The notes under the pieces are model-generated. The model worked only from the letters and a program-made list of their open reading frames with translations. It was not told the DNA's origin and searched no databases. The translations under genes and the position numbers were made by a program. From NCBI RefSeq assembly GCF_001194135.2, contig NC_068983.1, forward strand, positions 120,281,804 to 120,345,803: a DNA stretch of 64,000 nt, given 5' to 3'. Positions 27,552 to 40,029 of the stretch are shown here, in pieces (within the stretch, counting starts at the first letter, position 1; every line of letters starts with the position of its first letter). This stretch comes from Octopus bimaculoides. Taxonomy: Eukaryota.

Positions 27552-30426
27552 GTGTGTGTGTGTGTATATAGTTGAAATTTATAGAAAAACAAAAGACAAA
27601 GACAGGTGTATGCAACTATGACCAAATAAATAATGTAAACTACATTCCTATTCTTTCTTCATTGCTTTTCATCGATACCAGTCTAACATGACTAACATGA
27701 TCTGCTACACCTGAAAACTTACATTCATCCCTCAACATACCATTCCACTACACATTCAGCCGTAGAAACCATGATTAAACAGACTATGGAATCTGGTGCA
27801 ACCTTGGCTTTGCTACCTCCTGTCAAGCACCTAACCTGTACTAGCATGGAAAACAGATATTAAATGAAGATGATGATGATGTCTATATGTATATGTGTAT
27901 GTCTTTGTGTGTGGATGTTACTGTCTCTTTGACATGGTGTGATAGTTGAAAATGACTGTCACTGTAATGCTAGAGATGTCCTACATTTCCAATATTCTGT
28001 GGTATTCTTGTCACGAGGAAATATTACCTTATTTCTGTTATATTGCAACAGAAAAGGCGTTCAGCCACTGAAAATTCATCTTAGCAAATTCCATCAGACC
28101 TGTGCAAGCATGGAAAAGAGTACACTAAAACACTGATGATTGTTGTAGACACAAATCCTCACCAAGTTGCTCAGACTCTTTATTTTACATTCACAGACAT
28201 ATAACTATATATAGTTCATGCAGTAAACGAACATTTTTCTTTAAAGATTCTCAGAAAATTCAAGCAAGTACTGATGACCTTTGCAAGTTTTCTTAGACAC
28301 ATGATTGATATTCAACCTGAATACCTGCATTTGCATATCTGTAGCCAAGCATTGGTGGGATGATTACATCAATATTTGAGTGTAGAGTTTGAGATCAAAA
28401 GAATATCAGATCTCAACCATACAGGTATAGTGATGGTCTAAATAACACAAGAGAGAATTATAAACATATTAAATATTTTTCTTCTGACATTATATTTAAT
28501 ATATTCAGAATTTCCCATGTGTAAATAATAAGATTTACAGAGTCATCTACATAAGGAAGTCATTATAGTTTTGAAATACATGTCAGTATTTTCTTTAATG
28601 ACGTTGACTCATATATTTACTCAACATAAAATATGATAAAAATATGTAATTAGTTGCTCTAAATATAAGTGGTCTGAAATTGATACAATTACTGGTTATT
28701 CTGAAAAAAGTATTCTTCTGGATTATAGCAACCATTTATATTTATTTCATGCTTGAAATCATGTAAAAATTTATAATGTACATACTTAGAAGCATTAAGT
28801 TTTTAAGTAGAAAATAGCTTAACTAAATAGTGTAATTTTAAAAATTCATGAAAAATGATGTTCTTAAGTTTAGCATTTTGTAAAAGTATGATTTAATTAA
28901 CCTCTAACATAAAAATTACATTAGTTGCAAGTGTTTCGTATAACAAAATATAATCCCTTTATAGTGTAGCTGTGTTGTGAAAAAGGATGGCTATTTTAAT
29001 TAAAAAACAAAACAAAAGGTAAATTAAAGGTGTGTCACAGGCTACAATTTCTGAGTAAAAGTAGGTAATCAAACATCAGTGGGGAGTATGATGAAGTGAT
29101 GTTCATGCCTCAGGTAATATTAAACAAAATGGAAATTTATGAAAATTAAAGTAATTCTAATAATTGTTGCATTATAAAAACAAAATCAAGATTTTAATTT
29201 AAATATATTTTTCAATACTTACTCATTTGCAATTACAATAATGGTTTATTAAAGTGATTCTAATTTGTCATTATTACTTACATAAAATGTCAAACAGACT
29301 AAATATGTGGCCCATCTGGCTAAAAAGTTTGTTTTGCAATATGAGGTCTTGGGTTTGATGTTGGTCAAAGGTCTTTCACCTTGGTTTTGGGTCACTCTAA
29401 GCCTTGTGAGTGAAATTGAATAGATGTAAACTGTGTTGACACCTCTTGGATAAACTGTACCAGTAATTCAAAGGTACAGTCTTGTTACACACTGTGCCAT
29501 ACTGATTCTGCCAGAAAATTATGTTAAGGGTACATGTATTTGAGGAATATGCAACTACTTACATGTCAATACAGGGTAACACAGATGACCAAATAATCGG
29601 ATTACTCATTGTTGAAACAAAAAAAAAAAAAAATTCCATTTACAACACACACACATACATGCGCATGCGTGTACACATACACACTTAACCAAATTTAGCT
29701 CATGAATATACAGACACTACGCATTTCAAGAAAATGGCAACTACTATACTATGACTGCTATTTTGGAAGAAGACTTACAAAAACTAAGATTACCTTTGAC
29801 AGGAACCATATATTTATTTTTGTTACAGAGGCAAGATTTCATCATAAAAGTTAAGTTTTCATTTCAGAGCAATAAAATACCTAAGTCTTGAACAGCTATT
29901 CACTTATTAAAAGCGCTAATATGCCCTACACAAGAATGTCCTACTCAACACACACATGCGCATGTGTGCACATAAAATAAAAATAGATACTTTCAGCCAG
30001 CCATTACAAAAAAGAATGTAAAAACTGGTTAAACCTTCATTAATTAATATTAGGCAATCTTTGGTTCACTCCTCAGCTGTATTTCCTTCTGTTCTGTAAT
30101 TATAATGTTCTTTGCTTCATTGAATTAATTTACTCAAACTATGTTTATCTAAACTCACTTGATACATCTATCCTTACATCCTCTCATCAGTCCCAATGCA
30201 TCTTGATCCCCAAACCTTATACTAAATAATACCTAACCATTCTTTCCTGGAACTGCTTTTCTTAAGAATAACACTTCCTGTCTAAATACTTTCCATAATC
30301 ACACAACCTTTCCTAATTATCTTTATTTCTCAGTCAAGAAAAAGCCTGCCCTTCCTATCTTGAATAATAATTAGGCACATGTTCATAAAGGTTATATTCA
30401 ACTTGGTATTTCAAAGTGGAGATAAT

Positions 30427-30650
30427 TTAACCCCTTGGCATTCAAGTTATTCTGTCAAATGTGATGCTTAATTCACAGTCTTTGAATTAATCATGCATTA
30501 TCTTGTAGTTCCAAGATTTCAATGAAGTGAATGTTTATTTTTAGAATGTCATCATAGCATAAGTGTGAGAGGCTGGATCCAGCCAGTTTGAACATAAAAC
30601 ACGGAGAATATTTAGTTCAGATATGGCCAGTTTAAATGTTAAAGGGTTAA
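30427..30650. mobile_element. piggyBac-like MITE
   Basis: TTAA-CCCCTT ... AAAGGG-TTAA termini; internal similarity to 8169-8396. Confidence 0.7.
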
Positions 30651-30667
30651 AGGAGTTCAAAGTTGCC

Positions 30668-31005
30668 TCACTCAAGGTGTATGGCTCGGTGGTCAGAGCA
30701 TCAGGCTCACAATCATGAAGTTGTGAGTTTGATTCTTCGACCAGGCTGTGTGTTGTGTTCTTGAGCAAGAAACTTTATTTCATGTTGCTACAGTTGCTAC
30801 AGTTGCAGAAATGAGTTGCAACGTTACTGGTGTCAAGCTGTATTGACCTTTGCCTTTCCCTTGGATAACATCGGTGGTGGGGAGAAGGGAGGCTGGTATG
30901 CATGGGAAACTGCTGGTCTTCTGTAAACAATCCTCCCCAGACTTGTCTCTCAGAGGGGAACTTTCTAGGTGCAATCCCACGGTCGTTCATGACCAAAGGG
31001 GGTCC
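30668..31005 (+). mobile_element. tRNA-headed SINE (family C) flanked by a 187-bp direct repeat
   Basis: A-box-like TGGCTCGGTGG and B-box-like AGTTTGATTC; flanks 30481-30667 and 31006-31192 are copies of each other. Confidence 0.75.
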
Positions 31006-32058
31006 TTTGAATTAATTATGCATTATCTTGTAGCTCCAAGATTTCAATGAAGTGAATGTTTATTCTTAGAATGTCATTGTAGTATAAGTCTGAGAGGCTG
31101 GATCCAGCCAGTTTGAACATAAACCAGGTAGAGTATTTGATCCAGATATGGCCAGTTTAAATTCTAAAGGGTTAAAGGAGTTCAAAGTTGCCACAGCATT
31201 TGAAAAGATCTTTCAGCTCGATGGGAAAAAGAAAACGGTATTACATCCAGCACCAGTTTAGATGCAGGAAGTGTAGCATGCAAGTTAGCCAATCTCTTAG
31301 ACTGTAGTTTACCTCAAGCTTTAATTTTAATGACTGGTGAAATGTGTGAGCTGAACCTAATTTCTGATCATTATCAAAGTGATAAGGAAAAATGTAAACA
31401 TATGAATAAATTTTAATAAACTTATACATTAAATTTTAATATAAACCCACACTGAACACAACACACATGTTCACAATTTTTGTCCCAAGTAAAGGCTTAT
31501 AGTGTTGTGCATCATTTATATAGCTATGCACACACACACACACACAGTTATTAACGAGGGCAAAATAAGCTCTCTGTTAATACAAATTTGTGGCTAGCAT
31601 AATTTTTAGATTAGTAAAGAATTTCACGTATGCTTATAGCAGGGTACAAGGTTATAGTACATCACTATTCTATATTGTAAATCCATGGTTGTATTCCCAG
31701 TTAGACTGGTCTTTTACACAAAGTGATATAGAAAACAAAATGTAAATAGTGGTCATTACATATTCTTTTATTGTAATCAATTTGACTTACAGCCATTTCC
31801 AATAGTCATTGTTGGTTCCTTCATTGATTGGTTTACTCAACTGGCCTATTGATTGGTTGAGAAAAGTTGAATGACCTTAAAGAACCAATACTATCTTCGT
31901 CAGAGTCAAAGTATTCTGACTCATGAAGATAGCATTAGTTCAACTTTTCTCTCAGAAAGAGTTGTAAATCATATTAACAACAATAAAGGGATATGTATTG
32001 ACCATTGTTTATACCTTGTCTCATATATGTGTGTGTGTAGGTATGCTATTCTGATTAT

Positions 32059-32268
32059 ATGTCTGTGCACACGTTTGAATGTGGTGTGTGCCAGAGGGCT
32101 TGCAAATCCAATGGGGGTCTTAAAAGACATGTTAGGATCCACAATGAGCAGAACTTACCTGCAGGTATTAGTAGTACAAATCAGAGGTGCAATCTGTGTG
32201 GGTGTTTTTTCAAAACATTGTCTGGTTTAAAAAGCCACATCAGACGCCATGAAAGGGGTAAGATGTAG
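32059..32268 (+). mobile_element. Two-C2H2-finger ORF, probably the 3' end of a LINE, followed by a (TATG)n tail
   Basis: C-x2-C-x12-H-x3-H occurs twice (CGVCQRACKSNGGLKRHVRIH; CNLCGCFFKTLSGLKSHIRRH). A short 3' region follows, then (ATGT)n at ~32313-32345. The fingers lack TGEKP linkers. Confidence 0.55.
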
Positions 32269-32348
32269 GTGCAGGAGGTGGTCAAACTCTGTGTAAGGAG
32301 TAGACAACCACCATGTATGTATGTATGTATGTATGTATGTATGTATAT

Positions 32349-32711
32349 ATATTGCTGTATTTCGGGATGGTCATTTTATTTATAATTATTTATTGTTTTT
32401 GCCAAATAAACACATGCACTATATATATATTTTTCTTCACTCGTTTTTTTAGTTATTTTATTATTTTAATGCCTGTCCATTATCCAGAAATCTTTCTCAG
32501 AGAATGGAGTAAGTGGAGCAAGAACACTCATGGAAATGAAAAGTGTTGCTGAAGAGGTCACAGACGTGTGACGAAAGATTTCAGGACAATGGACAGGCGT
32601 TAAAATAATAAAATAACAGTAATAAACAAGTGAGGAAAAAAATATAGTGCGTGTTTTTATTTGATAAAATAAATAAATAAATAAAACGACCATCCCGAAA
32701 TACAACAATAT
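32349..32711. mobile_element. MITE with ~145-bp terminal inverted repeats
   Basis: atattgctgtatttcgggatggtcatttt.. is mirrored by ..aaaacgaccatcccgaaatacaacaatat; the inner arm ends are ccagaaatctttc / gaaagatttcagg. Confidence 0.8.
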
Positions 32712-32774
32712 CTGTTTTGACACAGTTTCATATTAGGAATCTTGCAAAATGAATTGATATATATATGTGTGTGT

Positions 32775-32820
<46 letters not shown>

Positions 32821-33046
32821 GTGTATATCGAGGGTATGAGAGATATTGGTGTCAAGAAGACCCAAAAGGTGCCGGGTAACGCTAAGTAAATGCTATGGAT
32901 AGACCATGGTTAAGGTCCAGGTTCGATAATGATACGAATGAGGAGTCCTACATGGGTCATGAATTAGCATGCATATATATAAATTGACAGAATGAGATAA
33001 AAAATCCAAGGCTGTAAATAGTTTTCAGAACATTTATAAAGAAAAT

Positions 33047-33094
33047 GTCTTACAGCTGTTTCTGGGATATTTTATATATCCCCTCAACAAAGAC
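33047..33094 (-). ncRNA. Decayed hammerhead ribozyme motif of the same family as 60281-60335
   Basis: Shares 22 identical nt (cttacagctgtttctgggatat) with the 60.3-kb copy. Stems I (gtct/agac) and II are retained, but the core reads TTGTTGA instead of CTGATGA. Confidence 0.55.
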
Positions 33095-33221
33095 GGTGCG
33101 AGAAAATGTTTGAGCATTAATTATTGTAGAGAAGGTATGAAATACAGAGGAAAGTAAGAGAATGAAAATAGAAATGAGATACATAAGGATATTGTATTTG
33201 CAGTTCCATTATTCAAGTAGA

Positions 33222-33925
33222 GAAAAGCTGAACATTAGAAGCATCAGTTGTGGCGTGCAAGAGAGACGATTGTGCTGGTATGGACATGTGGTGAGAATGG
33301 ATGAGGATAGCTGTGTGAAAAAGTGCCACACCCTAACAGTTGAGGGAACCCGTGGAAGAGGTAGGCCCAGGAAGACCTGGGCTGAGGTGGTGAGGCAAGA
33401 CCTTTGTACATTGGGCCTCACCGAGGCGATGACTACTGACCGAGACCTTTAGAAATGTGCTGTGCATGAGAAGACCCGGCAAGCCAAGTAAGATCGTTGC
33501 CAGTGCCCCTGGACTGGTTCTTGTGCGGGTGGCACATGAGATGCACCATTTTGAGCGTGNNNNNNNNNNTACATTGGGCCTCACCGAGGCGATGACTACT
33601 GACCGAGACCTTTAGAAATGTGCTGTGCATGAGAAGACCCGGCAAGCCAAGTAAGATCGTTGCCAGTGCCCCTGGACTGGCTTGTGCGGGTGGCACATAA
33701 AAGACACCATTTCGAGCGTGGCTGTTTTCGTGCGGGTGACACGTAAAAGCACCCACTACACTCTCTGAGTGGTTGGCGTTGGGAAGGGCATTCAGCTGTA
33801 GAAACTCTGCCAAATTAGACTGGAGCCTGGTGTTGCCATCCGGTTTCACCAGTCCTCAGTCAAATCGTCCAACCCATGCTAGCATGGAAGGCGGATGTTA
33901 AACGATGATGATGATGATGATGAAT
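33222..33925 (+). mobile_element. RTE-clade LINE 3' end (ORF2 C-terminus, 3' UTR, (GAT)n tail)
   Basis: ERRLCWYGHVVRMDEDSCVKKCHTLTVEGTRGRGRPRKTW is a typical RTE C-terminus. The tail ends in gatgatgat. About 150 bp are duplicated across the 10-N gap. Confidence 0.9.
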
Positions 33926-34783
33926 GGTGTATATAAGTGGTGAGGAAGTTTCCTGTACCTCGTGTGTGAGTTCCAATGGTAGTTATATTAGTCCATTCTA
34001 AACATAGAGCCTTGTAAACAGTGTTGTCCAATTGAGGGGTTTTTTTTGGTGTGAATTAAAATTTGGGAATGTGTTTGTAATATTATTAATGGATAGATGG
34101 TAGGAGGAGAGATGTGTATGATTAGAAAGAGGAGATAGGTGAAATCAAAAACAGGAAGAGAGAATGGGAGGAAAAAAGAGAAAGAGAAAAAGGAAAGGAG
34201 ACAAAAAAAAAATGAAGAAAGAGGGAACGAAATGAGAGAGGGTGTGTTAGCTAGTGGTCAGGATAAAATGATAGGAGGAAGGGAGAGGTGAGGGGAGAGA
34301 GATGAAGAGACATGAGGGTTAAGGAGTAAAAGAGTGTGAGGTATGTAAGTAGGGGTGGTCCGATAGAGCTGTATTAAAAGATGGGTATAGAAAAGGTAGA
34401 GAGAAGGTAAGGGTGGTGTGTTATGTAAGTGGGTATTTAGTTTTGGTAGAAAAAATTGAGATGGAATGAGAATATAAAGAATGAAGAATATAAGTCAAGT
34501 TGCTATAAATAGACATGTGTGATAGGTTAGTAATAAATAAGAAAAGAAAGAAAGAATGTATATCTGTGAATATGTATACTCACATACATATCCATACATA
34601 TATATATATATAGACGTATACATACTTCAACACATACATATGCATACAAACTCATGCATGTTCACATGCATTCACACACTCATTTGTATCTATTTTTGTA
34701 TGTATAAATTTTTGCCCATTTAAACACACATAAACACACACACATGCACGTATAATCATATGTATCTGTGTATATACATGCAT

Positions 34784-34817
<34 letters not shown>

Positions 34818-34944
34818 GCACATATGTGTACATATATATATTTATATATACCCACATACAAATCCATACTTATATAAAATATCTATACATATACTCATAC
34901 ATGTACCCGTTTACATGCTCATATATGTACACACACACATACAT

Positions 34945-34975
<31 letters not shown>

Positions 34976-35202
34976 CACTCATATATACATATACTCATAC
35001 ATACATGTATATTCATATACACACACACATATAATTAAATGATTGTGATCCTAAAGTAAGAATGGGGGAGTTAGATAAGGATTAGAATTTAAAATGGAGA
35101 TTCATAAGGTTGTTGGGGATTACCTATGGGGTATTGTGGAAACATGCTGTGTGGTTATTTAGGCATTTATGTATGTATGTGTGTATATATATATTATATA
35201 TA

Positions 35203-36431
35203 TATGAGGGTGGGCTGAAAAGTTCATAAGCTGATTATGAAGGAGTGATGCTAGAGCTATGAAATTTTGCATGCATTAATTTCAACTCTTCTTATCAATA
35301 CCTGTGTTGTTTCTTTCCAGGTAAACTGACACCTCACTGTTCAACGAAGACTTCAAAAGTAACTTGTAGCAACTTCTCTAGAAAATAAGCAAAATTTGAC
35401 ATCATGGTGTTATCAAGTACCTACAAAAAAAGTGTTTAGCCCCCAATAACATTCATGCTGACATGGTTACCGCATTAGGAGATAATGCTCCAGCTTTATC
35501 AACAGTGCAAAATTGGGCAACTGAATTTAAGAGGGGAAGGGAAGTCCCTTGAAGATGACCCAAAGTCTGCAACTGCTACCACTGAGGAAACATTAATAGT
35601 GTTCACCACATGTTGAAAAGTTCATAGGCTGACTATGAAGGAATGACGCTAGAGATAACCCAAGGTCTGGATGTCCTGCAAAACGGCCATCACTGAGAAA
35701 ACATTGATCGTGTTCACCACATACTGATGGATGAGAGGTGATTGACTATAACTCAAATAACCAATGCTATTAGCATATCTTGTGAGAGAGTTGAGAATAT
35801 TCTGCACATGATGAACGTTTCTGCTCAGTGGGTTCCATGTCTGCTGACACCTGATCAAAAGTGCACAGGGTTGATCACATCACAGAAAAATCTGACATTG
35901 TTTGAGGCAGATCCAGTTGGTTTCTATGAACATTTCCTAAGCCAGGATACGTGTTGGTTTATTGACTATCTTCAAAAGGGCCACACTATCAATGAAGAGC
36001 ACTATGCCAACTTGCTGGGGCTGTTATGAAAGGCTATCAAGACCAAATGCCTAGAAAAACTTACAAAAGGGGTTTTGTTTTATCAAGATAATACTTCAGC
36101 CCACAAGTTCTTGCCTTCAATCATTGCTGTGCATGACTGTTGATCACCCTCCCTATTTTCCTTATTTCTCTCCATCTGATTATCATCTGTTCCTCAACAT
36201 GAAAAAAAGAACTAGGCTGGGAACCAGTATAGCAGTGGTAATGATGTTATATCTGCTCGTTTTTCAACCAATATGATGAAAGCTTTTTCACCAGTGGGAC
36301 CCATGCACTGCAACACTGATGGAATAAGTATGTGGACTGCAAGCGGGACTATGTTGAAAAATAAAACTTATTTGGTCACATTCCATGAGAATATCTTGAT
36401 TAGCCAATGAACTTTTTATCTGACCCTCGTA
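35203..36431 (+). mobile_element. Degenerate full-length mariner of a second family
   Basis: TIRs tatgagggtgggctgaaaagttcat / atgaactttttatctgaccctcgta. Fragments SAQWVPCLLTPDQK, FYQDNTSAHK and HPPYF..FSPSDYHLF; many stops. Confidence 0.9.
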
Positions 36432-36526
36432 TATATATATATTGTCTGTAAAAAAACATAAAACCAAAAGAAGCACACTCTAAGATGTAAAGCAGTATAT
36501 ATTAAAAATGTGGAAGGCCGGTTTAT

Positions 36527-36587
36527 GGGATTACCTTAGGTTTCCTGTCCATAAAGGGTTTAGCTTTATGGCGTATCATGAGATCCC
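36527..36587 (-). ncRNA. Hammerhead-like motif of a second family, with a mutated core
   Basis: Minus strand: gggat-CTCATGA-..ccataaag[loop]ctttatgg..-GAAA-cctaagg-TA-atccc. Stem I is 5 bp and stem II 8 bp; the core has G5>C. Confidence 0.45.
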
Positions 36588-37102
36588 CAAATCCTGTTGG
36601 CCCAAGACCTCTTTAAAAAATGCCTTTTTTAAGAGGTCTTGGGCCACACACACACACACACTTATATAGTAGAATAGGAAATAAAAAGTCTTTGGTACGA
36701 CATAATATATTTGAAAAAATGAATAGAAATGGCTTTTCTAATAACTTTTCCACTTTAATAATCAGATGTTTATAANNNNNNNNNNNNNNNNNNNNNNNNN
36801 NNNNNNNNNNNNNNNNNNNNNNNNNNNNNNNNNNNNNNNNNNNNNNNNNNNNNNNNNNNNNNNNNNNNNNNNNNNNNNNNNNNNNNNNNNNNNNNNNNNN
36901 NNNNNNNNNNNNNNNNNNNNNNNNNNNNNNNNNNNNNNNNNNNNNNNNNNNNNNNNNNNNNNNNNNNNNNNNNNNNNNNNNNNNNNNNNNNNNNNNNNNN
37001 NNNNNNNNNNNNNNNNNNNNNNNNNNNNNNNNNNNNNNNNNNNNNNNNNNNNNNNNNNNNNNNNNNNNNNNNNNNNNNNNNTATATATATATATATATAT
37101 AT

Positions 37103-37210
37103 ATCATCATCATCATCATCGTTTAACGTCCGCTTTCCATGCTAGCATGGGTTGGACGATTTGACTGAGGACTGGTGAAACCGGATGGCAACACCAGGCT
37201 CCAGTCTGAT
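37103..37210 (-). mobile_element. Young RTE tail fragment
   Basis: Near-identical to the start of 24403-24621. Confidence 0.8.
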
Positions 37211-38366
37211 ACATACATACATACACACATATATATATATGCACATATGCACACACACATGCTTTCTTAGGTATATCAGTGAGTTGGCAGTGTCAGAAAC
37301 AACATAGCAACTGTGGAATATTTTCAGTTTTGGAAAACAATTTCTAAGAAATGTGTGGGTGCAGAATTATAACTTCTTCATGCAGTTTACTTTGACTAGG
37401 TATCTCAAAGAGATTTATTTGAATTATATTCAAAAAGGACAGTTTCTATAATTACACTTGAATTTCATGCAATAACGGAATAGATGAAAAAGGGTAGATC
37501 TAAAAAAATGATGGAAGATCTTCACAGGAGGTAATAAAATGGCACCCCAAGTAGCTCATCCTCAAATTTGTTAGATAAGATATTTCAGAAATCTAGATTT
37601 ACTTCAAAAATATCATAGATGTTATATAAATTAGACCTCTCAGTGAGAGCCTTCAAGTGGTTTCAAAAAGCCATTTATTAACTTTAATTTGAAATACCTA
37701 GAGTAATTAAGAAAACTGTTTTTTGCTTTTTAAAATTTTTGTTTCATAGTGAAATTAGAGAATAACATGTAACAACTAATAAATTTGTAGGATAACGACG
37801 AAACTAGAAGAAAAGAACAAAAAAATTTAATAAAAGAAAGCAAAAGAGAAGAAAAGTTTGGCATGTGGTTTTAGTTTTAAAAAGATAAGGTATCTAGTAT
37901 TTTTTTTTTTTCTAGGAAGGTTAGAATGTTCTGTTATAATAATTGGTTAAAAGAAGATAAAAGTTCATTCTTATATGTTTAATTTAGATCTTGTTTACAT
38001 GATTTCACTGACTTGATATATATAAAAAAAAAAGATAGAAAACTGACTGGATTATAATGAAAGCTAGCATAGCACTTGTCAAAATGGAGATTATTTAAGT
38101 ATGGAATAAATAATGGAAACATAAATTTTAGATAAAATTTAGAGATATAGATAGCATTCATTGCCACACAATGGTAAAAAGTACCAGCATTAAAAATATT
38201 ACTGTATCTATCTCAATTATCTCTCATTATACATTTTTACTTTCTTTCTCTGTTTGATTACAACTTCCTCAGTCATCTATCACAAAATACGTTCAGAATT
38301 TCTTTCTTGTTCTTTCTCCTTACTGTATCTTCCTCAGCCATATCCCCCCCTCTCTCTCTCTCTCTC

Positions 38367-38403
<37 letters not shown>

Positions 38404-40029
38404 CATATGTCTGTAGTGTGCATTTGTGATTAATATGAAAAAGCTAGAAATGTTATTTGTGGAGAGAATTAGCAGATGACATACACAGCTCCATTTATAG
38501 TCCCTGGAAAATGGTTAAGAAGACAGAGCCATTTCTTATGAGATACAGAAACAATAAGGATGTCTTTTTAAAATTATGCAAAAAATGTTTGAATCATAAT
38601 AGACAAAAAATGTACATATATTATTGATGAGATGCAACCTGTCTTCTTTTTAATAAAAAAATGATGGATCTGATTGTCTTCTAAGGGTTAGAAAGCCTCT
38701 TACCTTACACCATAGATTAAATCAAAATACTGCCGATTAAACAGGGATGTTGTTCAGTAAAAAGTTTTAAACAAGATTCAATTAAAGATACTTTTTACAC
38801 CCAAGTTTGATATAAAGTAATAATTTGTTTACTTGTATTCTATAATCTCAGCCAAATACTCTCTTAATGATTGTAAAAATAACATATTTTGGACACAACA
38901 GTAGTATAATTAACAAAAAACAAATTGTGCTAAGGTGAGAATTTTCATCAAGTTAAGTAAATAAATTACTTAATAACAATCATACAAAAAGAAAGACAAA
39001 AATAAATCAAATTACAATAGTTCATTAGTGATTCTAAATTCTGAGCTATTGTTTGAGAAATAAACAAAACATCAAATCACAGAAAAAGTTATACTTAAAT
39101 TCTCTGTCTAACTTGACTGACTCAGACTTTAAGTGGAGACTGTTTTTACAGGAAATAAGTTATTTAGTGCAAATTGACAGTTGTATCTGTGCAACTAGTG
39201 CTAATAGCTGAGTTTTGGGAGCTTGTCACTTCACAAAACAATTTTTATCAAAATAACTAGTATTTGCTATCACTAAAATCTTCTTGCATCCTTAATAAGA
39301 TATTAATCTTGTTTAACTTTAATTCTAATTTTAGCTACTTTATCAAGTCAAACGAATCAAGTTAAGAACGATTTAGCTAAAAATTCAAGATAAGATTAGA
39401 ATTTTATCAATTGCAGGCTCACAAGCAGAAACATATGTTAGCTCTTTATTGTTCGTGAATCACAAGTTTTTCATTTTCATTTGTAGCATACCACTCTCTT
39501 ATATTTGGCAAACCAATTTTTATAATGTGCATAAGACTTTTTTTATCTATGAGAAATATTTGTATATGTTAAAGAAATGAGAAGAAACAGGGTGGTAGTA
39601 TGTTTAGCTAACAAATACTGATTGAAAAATTTGCTGTGGCTTCAATATATTTGAGAAAAATATGAGAAAAATAAATTTTAAAAAATGATCAGCATGAAGT
39701 GTGATAGTTATTCCAATATGTTTGTAGGAACTTGGCCAGTTTATACAATTTTGAAATTATATAACATCTATGATTCTCTATTTCTTTTTCATCACCCTAA
39801 ATCTTTCTGCTTAGGCACCATGCTAAATTCTGAGCAGGTTTTTATTTATGGTTTTCAGTTGCTGAATGGGTATTGATGCTAATGTTTTGGTTAAAGAAAA
39901 TCTTGAGTTGTATCTCATAACTAGCACAAGGTCATATGCCAGGAAATATATGAAACATTAAATGTTTGTATGAGTCATTAAACATGATTATAATTTTTGT
40001 TGGGATCATATGAAGTATTATAGTTCTCA

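Noticed and set aside
22086-37164. ORFs running through X stretches (22.1-22.6, 24.5-24.9, 36.6-37.2 kb)
   Set aside because: They are open only because N-gaps (22262-22455, 24622-24890, 36776-37081) contain no stop codons.
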